64,000 bases of DNA, taken from contig JAUCBJ010001224.1 of assembly GCA_032718475.1 (NCBI GenBank), positions 1 to 64,000 on the forward strand, read 5' to 3'. The notes under the pieces were generated by a model that saw only the letters and a program-made list of their open reading frames with translations, ran no database searches and had not been told where the DNA came from. The translations under genes were made by a program, and so were the position numbers. Position 1 is the first letter of the stretch. Each line of letters begins with the position of its first letter. The stretch comes from Nemertoderma westbladi. Lineage: Eukaryota; Animalia; Xenacoelomorpha. Shown here one piece after another: positions 53,601 through 64,000 of the stretch.

Positions 53601-54785
53601 GGGTCTTCTCATTCTGAAAGGAGTTTCAGTGCCACGATGTTTCTTCTTACCATTTCGAACTATATCCAGCATTGAAATACATGGTTTTGCGGATGCAAGC
53701 CTTAAACTCTATGCAGGAGTTATTTTCATTCGCACACTGTATAAAGACAATTCAGTTAGCGTATCATTAGTATCATGCAGAACGAAGGTATGTCCACAAG
53801 GCAAAAAACACCAGAATAAGACAAAGGATCAGCGGGATCATGCAGAAGAACACAGTCAATTCCAATGTTTGAGTTATTAGGAGCATTCATCACTGCACAT
53901 GAAGTTTGTTGTAGAAGCGTTGCCAATAGTCTGCAGTAAAGTTGTTTTCTGGAGTGATGCCCTTGATGTGTTGTACTGGATTAAGGAAGTATATCATCAC
54001 TGGAAAACCTTCGTGCAAAATAGGGTAAAAGTAATACTATTACATCAGAATTAAATGGTTCATGGAGATATGTCCCTAGTGAAATTAATCCTGCCGACAT
54101 TCTCTCAAAGGAATGTCCCCGAAACAATTGTTGTCATCTGAGAAGTGGTTCGAAGGTCCTCCCTTTCAACATCAAGATAAGCATACATGGCCACATTGTC
54201 CCATCGACTTTGACTCGACCCCATCAGCAAATAGTCTTAAAGAAATGAAGTCCCATAGCACAGAATCGAACGCACTTATCACAACATCAACTGAATACTC
54301 TATAACAAATGTCATCAATTACAGAGATTACAGTGCAAAGTCAAATGCAATTCATAGCTTAGCATGGGTCTCACGGTTTATTAATAACATCAAATCAAAA
54401 TTAGCAAAATAATCCCCACTCCTAGACTCACAATTAACGACAAATGAGCTACAGAAAGCCGAGTTACAGTATATCAAACATGTTCAACTGAATCATTTTC
54501 ATATAGAGATCGAGTACTTACAAAACAGTAAACGTTTTAAGTGCCCAAACTTAGTAAAACAGCTAAACCTCTTTCTAGACTGTGACGGGATTCTGCGCAC
54601 AAAAGGCAGAGCAGTAAGTCCAACCATTCCATGGTGTACACAGAATCCGATTCTCCTTCTATCCACAGATCATTTCACAAAATTGATAGTACTCGATGCT
54701 CATTATATCGTAATGCATTCACGTGTTTGTGACACATTAGTTCAGTTGTTCAGTATTGGATATCTCGTGCAAGACAAGTTATTAA

Positions 54786-56351
54786 CCATATTAGTACCGG
54801 GCTATAAAATGTTGTACAAATACCGGGGGGGGGGGTCATATTGACCCCCCCCCCCCCCCTCTAAAATCTACAAATATTAACGAAAACGTGTGATTTTTTG
54901 TTTGTACGTAGGTATCACTTGTCTGGATCCGACCGAAAAAAAAAATTTTCGAAAAAATGTACTGGGGTGGTTATATTGCAGCACCAAAATTACAAGTAGT
55001 GCACAATTTTCACAAAATTTGAAAGTTACATTTTTCGGCTAATTGTTTTTCAATACAGGTTTTCTGGGGCGCAAAATACATTGGAAAACATTTAAAAATT
55101 ATATGATTACTATAAATGGCTGTTTAGTCCTCTCTGCGTAGGAAAAAAATGAAAAAAACAAGTAATCAGCACTTTTCAGTTAGAACACAAAATTTTTAAT
55201 TCACTTATACAATGCTATAAATTCACATTTCAGGTTTTCGAGGGCGCTGATTCTAATGGAATACATTTCTAATATGCCAGATCATTGGTACTTGTATTTT
55301 TCTGCGTAATTTGGCAAATTTTGGTGCTAGCACCAAATTTCGTACCCATCACCAAAAAGTACAAGTTTGCGATGTCCAGTGCTGTTTTTATTGATTCCAT
55401 CGGATTCAGGACCCTCATAAACCCGTATAACGCAAGAAACAAGGTGATACTATCTACTTATCAATTTGCATATTTTCCAAAATTTGGTGCTGGCACAACA
55501 ATTTTCACCCACCGGCGGAAAATACAAGTTTGAGAACTCTTATGAAATTTTTACTGATTCCATTGAATTCAGAACCATCACAAACCCGTATAACGCAAGA
55601 AACAAGGTGACACAATCAATTGATATATTTGATGGTTTTCAAAATTTGGTGCTAGCACCACATTTTACACCCACATCCGAAAAATACAAGTTTGAGATGT
55701 CTAGTTCGATAATTATATTTTGCATTGAATTCAGAACAGCCATAAACCTCTAAAACGCAAGAAATAAATTGTCACAAGCAATTTTATCTATTGAATGGAT
55801 TTTCAAAATTTCGTGCTAGCACCAAAATTTGCACACAGCACCGAAAAATACAAGTTTTATACGCTTGGTGCAACTCGTATATATTTCATCGAATCCAGAA
55901 CCCCAAAAAACCCCAATTGCGTAAAAAACAAGTTTCAAACGATCAATTTACAAAATTGACTTATTTCAAAATTTGGTGCTGGCACCAAAATTTGGCACCC
56001 ACCGAAAAAAACAAGTTTGAAATTTCTAAATCAATTTATATGAATTCCATCAAATTTCTAACACCAAAAAACCGGTGTAAATCAAAAATAGAGATGTTAC
56101 AATTCATATTTAATGAAATGTAATTTTCAAAAAACGTCTCAAAAAAAGTGCCAAAAGTAGGGTTAAAAAATGGGGCTATAACTCGAAAAGTACCCAATAT
56201 TTTTGAAAACGGTTTTCACTACTAGGAAGACAATAGATTTTTAGGAAAAGTCATAAAATTTCAGATTCCAAACTGCGTTTGTTTCAGAATTATAATAAAA
56301 AAACCACGGGTGGGGTCATATTGACCCCCCCCCCCCCCGGGTTTAATAGGG
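54786..56351. mobile_element. Non-autonomous piggyBac-like element inserted in the BEL integrase
   Basis: TTAA TSD at 54782-54785 and 56352-56355; CC..AGGG ends; subterminal ggggtcatattgacccc palindromes; excision restores ...RQVI-KGIISKCIICK; internal ~175-bp tandem units. Confidence 0.85.
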
Positions 56352-58209
56352 TTAAGGGAATCATAAGTAAATGCATTATTTGCAAACATATCCAAGGGAA
56401 ACCATATCCAAAACCACTTCCTTCGTCTTACGAGTCAAACTTAAATGCGTTTTCACACACTGGAATTTATTTCTGTGGCCCGATAAATATAGTAAACAAC
56501 TAGTATGACCCATCCAATTCTTCCACTAAAGTCTACATCTGTTTATTTACATGCGCGGTTGTTGCTGCACGTGTGAACTTAGCCTTTTAGATTACTTATT
56601 TTACTAATTTTAAGCTCAAAACACCATTTTTAATTGATAAAGTTGGTTACGATATAATATCGCCTGTTTCAGTTAAGCCATGCTTTACTGAGGGTTTTAA
56701 CGCCATCTAGTGCCATTATACTCATATTCTACCTCCCATTGGCTGTATCATTCTATTACGGTTAATTTAATATATATGGTTGGTTGGTTGGTTGGCTTGG
56801 TTGGTTGGATGCTGGCTCACTGTGTACATGTTGAGCTGCAGTGGAATTACCCCTCCCATGCAGGGCTTTAATCAGCTAGTCAGGTTTTAATGACTGGCAA
56901 ATATTACATGTCCTGGTCTAATGTCTAAGTCTAATTGTTAATAATTGAATTATATTTGTAAATGATCGCCTTCACCTTTGCTAAAAACCAGCACTTGTCT
57001 TTCCTTATTACTTCTTTTATTGCGGCCTCAAAATATGTTTTTGCTGTAGAGCACAATCGCTGTACCATACCTGTACTTTTCGATCCCTTTCCCTCTAGCG
57101 GAATAATCGGATCGAAACGTAAAGGTTCTCAAAGGCTTCCCTTGGCATTCTGACCAATAGCTGCTCGATTCACCTATGGTGGATCGAAACGTTACACCAA
57201 TCAGGAAGCGGTATGCAGGGTTATTTAAAGCCCCTGCACGCGTCATTTCTTCACTTCTTAGTCAAAATTGTAGCTTCTTCTGCAAACCCCTGCTACTAAA
57301 TTTAGGATAAGTTTCGGAATTTATTTTGTGATTTTTGTTATAATCTTTTCTTTACTTAATGGTTAATAAGAAGTCAATTTATAGTTCTCCCGAATTTCTC
57401 TTAACATTTTATATCTACTTCCTTTCAACTTCCTGGGTGCTGTCACTGTGTTGCGAAACCCTAAGGCAACGGGCTCCTATTCAACTTTCATTCAGTCATA
57501 TCAAAGGCCTAGGCCTACTTAAACTCAGATATCGCAAGACGATACTTCCCTTCCTAGCCCAAATCTGCCACAATATTTATGTATGTTGTATCTTATATTC
57601 TGCTGTTAAATTCAATTTGCTGTCATTTTTTGCTTAATATATCGCCTATATTACGGAATCAAGAAAGTTTTAAACGCGCCACAACAGGTGGGTCACTATA
57701 ATTAAGTATCAGTGATAATCTGAACAATTGCATCAGATATGTGTGTTGTCATACCTCTGACTTACTAAATAATTAATATATGGCGATATTTCAAACCATT
57801 ATTGTAAGCAAAGCTCTTATCATTAATTATGTCACGATTAAGAGTTGTCACAAATTGAATACTGTACCGATATCAATATAATTAGACCAAAGACAATATA
57901 CAATACGTTTCCTCTAAAGGGAAACACAGTTGCCAGACTTGAGTCCTTACATAATTAATTAGTCAGTCATTTGCTTGTTATACTGTGTTGCCACACCCTC
58001 CCGGTATCGTATCTCAGTTAACCCTTTGACGCCTGAACCTGCAATTGAAACTGCATAAGAGTTCTGAAAGAATTGCCAATTTTAAAGGAGACATTTATCC
58101 ATGTAAAATAACATATGGTAGTAACACATATTTAGGTATACAACGATATTTATATATAAATATATTACATACATATAATAATATATATAATACAATATAT
58201 ATATATATA

Positions 58210-61200
58210 TCCAACACACAACCTTAGGGCCACTTATGGATGTAAGTAGGTGGCCTTATGGTTCTATTCAATATCCAACAGTGGCCCTATGGTCGGAAAG
58301 GTGGCCCTATGGTTTAATCGTGCCATAGGGCCACAGTGGCCCTATGGTATGAAGTAGTTGTAAGGCGGTAGAAGGTCCTTTGGACGTTAGGTGTTGCGTC
58401 TTTAGGTCCTATGAGTGGTTGTTATTAACCCCTGCGCTGTTAGGTTCTGTCATAATACAGTAGTTTTATTTCTATTTAAAGCTGATTATCTTCTAAAATG
58501 CAATAAGCCTTCTATTAGGTGAGCGTTCTATTCAGTGAGTGTTACATTCAGTAAGCGTTCTATTCATTTAAGGTGTTCTATTCAGTGAGCGTTCTATTCA
58601 TTTAAACGTTCTATTCAGTGAGCGTTCTATTCAGTGAGTGTTCTATTCAGTGAGTGTTCTATTCAGTGAACGTTCTATTCAGTGAGTGTTCTATTCAGTG
58701 AACGTTCTATTCAGTGAGTGTTCTATTCAGTGAGCGTTCTATTCAGTGAGTGTTACATTCAGTAAGCGTTCTATTCATTTAAGGTGTTCTATTCAGTGAG
58801 TGTTCTATTCAGTGAGCGTTCTATTCAGTGAGTGTTCTATTCAGTAAACGTTATATTCAGTGAACGTTGTATTCAGTGAGTGTTCTATTCAGTGAACGTT
58901 CTATTCAGTGAGTGTTCTATTCAGTGAACGTTCTATTCAGTGAGTGTTCTATTCAGTGGACGTTCTATTCAGTGAGCGTTCTATTCATTGAGTGTACTAT
59001 TCAGCGAGTGTTCTATTCAGTGAGTGTTCTATTCAGTGAGCGTTCTATTCAGTGAGTGTTACATTCAGTAAGCGTTCTATTCATTTAAACGTTCTATTCA
59101 GTGAGTGTTCTATTCAGTGAGCGTTCTATTCAGTGAGTGTTCTATTCAGTAAACGTTCTATTCAGTAAGCATTCTATTCAGTGAGCGTTCTATTCAGTGA
59201 GTGTTACATTCAGTAAGCGTTCTATTCATTTAAACGTTCCATTCAGTGAGTGTTCTATTCAGTGAGCGTTCTATTCAGTGAGTGTTCTATTCAGTAAACG
59301 TTATATTCAGTGAACGTTCTATTCAGTGAGCGTTCTATTCAGTGAGTGTTACATTCAGTAAGCGTTCTATTCATTTAAACGTTCTATTCAGGGAGCGTTC
59401 TATTCAGTGAGTGTACTATTCAGCGAGTGTTCTATTCAGTGAGTGTTCTATTCAGTGAGCGTTCTATTCAGTGAATGTTGCATTCAGTAAGCGTTCTATT
59501 CATTTAAACGTTCTATTCAGTGAGTGTTCTATACAGTGAGCGTTCTATTCAGTGAGTGTTACATTCAGTAAGCGTTCTATTCATTTAAACGTTCTATTCA
59601 GTGAGTGTTCTATTCAGTGAGCGTTCTATTCAGTGAGTGTTACATTCAGTAAGCGTTCTATTCATTTAAACGTTCTATTCAGTTAGCGTTCTATTCAGTG
59701 AACGTTCTATTCAGTGAGTGTTCTATTCAGTAAGCGTTCTATTCAGTGAACGTTCTATTCAGTAAGTGCTTTATTCAGTAAGCGTTATATTCAGTGAATG
59801 TTATATTCAATGAGTGTTCTATTCAGTGAACGTTCTATTCAGTGAGTGTTCTATTCAGTAAGCATTCTATTCAGTGAACGTTCTATTCAGTGAGCGTTCT
59901 ATTCAGTGAGCGTTGTATTCAGTGAGTGTTCTATTCAGTAAGCATTCTATTCAGTGAACGTTCTATTCAGTGAGTGTTACATTCAGTAAGCGTTCTATTC
60001 ATTTAAACATTCTATTCAGTGAGTGTTCTATTCAGTAAGCATTATATTCAGTGAACGTTCTATTCAGTGAGTGTTATATTCAGTGAGCGTTCTAATCAGT
60101 GAGCGTTCTATTCATTTAAACGTTCTATTCAGTGAGTGTTCTATACAGTGAGCGTTCTATTCAGTGAGTGTTACATTCAGTAAGCGTTCTATTCATTTAA
60201 ACGTTCTATTCAGTGAGTGTTCTATTCAGTGAGCGTTCTATTCAGTGAGTGTTACATTCAGTAGGCGTTCTATTCATTTAAACGTTCTATTCAGTTAGCG
60301 TTCTATTCAGTGAACGTTCTATTCAGTGAGTGTTCTATTCAGTAAGCGTTCTATTCAGTGAACGTTCTATTCAGTGAGTGTTCTATTCAGTAAGCATTCT
60401 ATTCAGTGAACGTTCTATTCAGTGAGCGTTCTATTCAGTGAGCGTTGTATTCAGTGAGTGTTCTATTCAGTAAGCATTCTATTCAGTGAACGTTCTATTC
60501 AGTGAGTGTTACATTCAGTAAGCGTTCTATCCATTTAAACATTCTATTCAGTGAGTGTTCTATTCAGTAAGCATTATATTCAGTGAACGTTCTATTCAGT
60601 GAGTGCTCTATTCAGTAAGCGTTATATTCAGTGAATGTTATATTCAATGAGTGTTCTATTCAGTGAACGTTCTATTCAGTGAGTGTTCTATTCATTAAGC
60701 ATTCTATTCAGTGAACGTTCTATTCAGTGAGCGTTCTATTCAGTGAGCGTTGTATTCAGTGAGTGTTCTATTCAGTAAGCATTCTATTCAGTGAACGTTC
60801 TATTCAGTGAGTGTTACATTCAGTAAGCGTTCTATTCATTAAAACATTCCATTCAGTGAGTGTTCTATTCAGTAACCATTATATTCAGTGAACGTTCTAT
60901 TCAGTGAGTGTTCTATTCAATGAGCGTTCTAATCAGTGAGGGGTCTATTCAGTGAGGGTTATATTCTGTGAACGTTCAATTCAGTGAGCGTTCTATTCAG
61001 TGCACGTTCAATTCAATGATCGTTCTATTCAGTCAACGTTATATTCTGTGAACGTTCAATTCAGTAAGCATTATATTCAGTGAACGTTCTATTCAGTGAG
61101 TGTTCTATTGAGTAAGCGTTCTATTCAGTAAACGTTATATTCAGTGAGTGTTCTATTCAGTTAATGTTCTATTCAGTGATCATTATATTCAGCGATCATT

Positions 61201-62946
61201 CTAATCAGTGAACATTCTATTCAGTAAGCGTTCTATTCAGTAAACGTTATATTCAGTGAGTGTTCTATTCAGTTAATGTTCTATTCAGTGAGCATTATAT
61301 TCAGCGATCGTTCTAATCAGTGAACATTCTATTCAGTAAGCGTTCTATTCAGTAAACGTTATATTCAGTGAGTGTTCTATTCAGTTAATGTTCATTCAGT
61401 GAGCGTTCTGTTCTGTGAGTGTTACATTCAGTAAGCGTTCTATTCAGTGAATGTTCTATTCAGTGAGTGTTCTATTCAGTTAATGTTCTATTCAGTGAGC
61501 ATTATATTCAGCGATCGTTCTAATCAGTGAACATTCTATTCAGTAAGCGTTCTATTCAGTAAACGTTATATTCAGTGAGTGTTCTATTCAGGGAGTGTTC
61601 AATTCAGTGAGTGTTCTATCCAGTGAGTGTTCTATTCAGTGAGCGTTCTATTCAGTGTGCGTTCTATTCAGTGAGTGTTCTATTCAGTGAGTGTTCTATT
61701 CAGTGAGTGTTCTATTCAGTGAGTGTTCTATTCAGTGAGCGTTCTATTCAGTGAACGTTATATTCAGTAAGCATTTTATTTAGTGAGTGTTCTATTCAGT
61801 GAGCGTTCTTTTCAGTGAACGTTCTATTCAGTGAGTGTTCTATTCAGTGAACGATCTATTCAGTGAGTGTTCTATTCAGTGAGTGTTATATTCAGTAAGC
61901 ATTCTATTTAGTGAGCGTTCTATTCAGTGAGTTTTCTATTGAGTGAGCGTTCCACGCAATGAACGTTCTATTCAATGAGTGTTCTATTCAGTAAGCATTC
62001 TATTTAGTGAGCGTTCTATTCAGTGAGTGTTCTATTGAGTGAGCGTTCCACGCAATGAACGTTCTATTCAGTGAGCGTTCTATTCAGTGAGCATTATACT
62101 CAGAGAGCGTTATATTCCGTATACATTCTATTCAGTGAGCGAAATAAAAAAACTATTAGAAAGTGTAGAATTTAAATTAAAAAAATTCAGCACGCCGTTT
62201 ATACAATTCAATAATAATTAATTCATTTGTCCTAGTCCCTCTGGTGTATAAAAAATCAATAGACTTTAACTCTAAAGGTAAAATCTATATATCTGATATA
62301 ATAAAGATCCGTCAAAACCATAGGGCCACTATTTTTTATGTCATGGTTTTATGTAATAAAAACTTAATAATACGGTATTTGACTGCAAGCACAAAGAGGA
62401 TCATCTGCATTAATGATATCAAATAGCTCCAATAAAATTTTCTAGACCAAAATTTAATTACAAAGTTTTTAAATCACACTAACTAATTTTTCAACTTTGT
62501 CTCAGATAACCAACCACCTTGGTTCAAATACCTACAAGTTAGTCATGGAATCAAAGATATATAAAATTATATATTAAAATATACATAAGTTTTGAAATGA
62601 ATAAAAACGGTGTAGAAAAGTCTAACAAAGCATTTTCGGAAAAGATCTGAGTTCTAGAATGTGTTTTTGATGTGTAAATTACACAAAAATTACCAGAAAA
62701 ATTAGGTGGCCCTGTGGTCGTTTTGTGTTATGTACTTTTCCTATAGAAATGTATTGCAAACGAATATCCAACAAGATATATATAATAGTCATTATATGGG
62801 AGCCGTGTAATTTTTTGCATCGGATTTTTCTAACAATTAATAGATATTATTATTAACATGCTTCTCTTGTTCTATTATTATTCGATAGTTAATGTACTAG
62901 TTTATATCTTAATTATTAAGGAGTGGCCCTATGGCCACCAGTTGGA
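58210..62946. mobile_element. Putative TIR element in a (TA)n site, carrying the 15-bp satellite
   Basis: tccaac...ccttagggccac (left) versus gtggccctatgg...gttgga (right); clustered gtggccctatgg motifs at both ends; (TA)n on both flanks. Confidence 0.5.
58515..62140. repeat. 15-bp satellite (ttctattcagtgagYg), ~3.6 kb, with higher-order blocks
   Basis: Read directly; variant units (gttacattcagtaagc, cattt-aaac) recur periodically. Confidence 0.97.
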
Positions 62947-63172
62947 GTTATATATATATATATATTTTAATATTTTTAATTTTTTTTAATATATATATAT
63001 TTTTTTTTTAACTTTTTTTTCTAAATTTTTAATAATTGTATTTCTATATAATGCATAAACGATAATAACCTACTTCGAAAAATAGTGGGTTTGGTTTGGG
63101 TTACCTGACTAACAGGTATTATATTATCGGGTAGACCAATAATCGTGAATTGTAGCCTTTCTATAACCGACA

Positions 63173-63390
63173 TCAGCAGATCAGTATAGCGAGTCCTAAA
63201 AAAGCTCTCATCTCCAGTAGAGTAACGTCCTTCACTTTTAGTTCCATCGGACCGCTTCCAGTACCAGTACCGGTGTTCGGTGGTAATTCAGCTATTTTCT
63301 CCCGCTGTAAGTCGATTCTTCTATTCGTACTATCACACAGTACTTGAATCAAACTATCAGTATCAAACATATCGACATAATCTTTCAAAC
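63173..63390 (-). pseudogene. piggyBac-type transposase N-terminal fragment
   Basis: DYVDMFDTDSLIQVLCDSTN...DVTLLEMRAFLGLAIL matches the PGBD F..f....l..iv..TN / t..El.aFlG pattern. Confidence 0.7.
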
Positions 63391-64000
63391 CGAACTCGAT
63401 AGCATTCTGCTACCCAACTTGACGCGAATTCACGGGGAAAGGCCTATCTAAATTTATTGAATCATTGTTTCCCGTTACAAGTTTCCAAGGCGCCAACTCA
63501 GGTGGGACGTTTCCATAACCCAGGCCCGTAGCCAGTATAAGGCGAAGGTAGGCGCCGCCTACCCAAACGTGGTCTCGCCTACCCAATTTTTTGGAAGGAA
63601 TTTTACTTCATTAGTAATAATTTTACCTTCTTACACAACCATTTTCTGGTTCATGCGTCTTCTTTAGACATTAATTAGCCTTGTAGTAATCAAACACCAG
63701 TACATATTACACTCAGATTGTAAGTTACTTTCATTTTAAAACCGTTTAACGCCCATTGCACCTTAAATGGAACATGTTATATGGAGAGACATGGGTGGCT
63801 GCTGCTTTGACAAAAACGTGATTTTTTTTTGATATGAGTAAATTACATGTTTCCTCACATAATGACACCTCACTTGACCAAATTTTATCAATTTCAAAAC
63901 TGGAAATTGCCTGTTGAAAAGTGCCATTTTTGAAAAATTTAGGTGTCTTTTTGAATCTTAAAATTATGAAATGTGGGGTGGTCAAAAATTTTCGAAAATT

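Larger units (their letters stand above)
50400..56565 (+). mobile_element. Second decayed BEL/Pao element: partial 5' LTR, PBS, gag-pol with RT core deleted, truncated in integrase
   Basis: PTFDGNPLEF..W..F, CVFCNQHH..C/LCFICLGSGH..C knuckles, LFDCGSQETF protease, RVLGQLWD, LFDPLG, IHGFADAS, WRYVPSEINPAD and KCIICK motifs. Confidence 0.9.

Noticed and set aside
56698-56714. CTCF-like motif cgccatctagtg
   Set aside because: A single imperfect short match; cannot be supported from sequence alone.
58515-62140. CRISPR-like array or heat-shock-element array (GAAnnTTC)
   Set aside because: Contiguous 15-bp units without unique spacers; only two-unit GAAcgTTC, not three alternating nGAAn.

Overview
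Repeat-dense metazoan (invertebrate-like) genomic DNA made almost entirely of nested transposons. It contains RTE-type and other LINE fragments, a Penelope-like element with a hammerhead ribozyme, three BEL/Pao remnants, piggyBac/Kolobok/HINE-like non-autonomous DNA elements and several tandem arrays. The one plausible host gene is a two-exon secreted fibrinogen-domain protein on the minus strand. The standout is a young, structurally complete 9.2-kb LTR element (5983-15182) with 1179-bp near-identical LTRs and a GTAGT target-site duplication but no recognisable gag/pol. Its only cargo is a single ~1430-codon frame encoding a DEDDy/RNase D-like 3'-5' exonuclease plus Cys/His zinc knuckles. It has no tRNA PBS but has an 11-nt match to its own LTR, as in Tf1-type self-priming. 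A diverged homolog of the same exonuclease ORF lies directly 3' of a BEL/Pao pol at 43.6-44.7 kb, suggesting a BEL/Pao accessory nuclease that also travels in its own non-autonomous LTR vehicle. All calls are by-eye motif reading; no database search was run.
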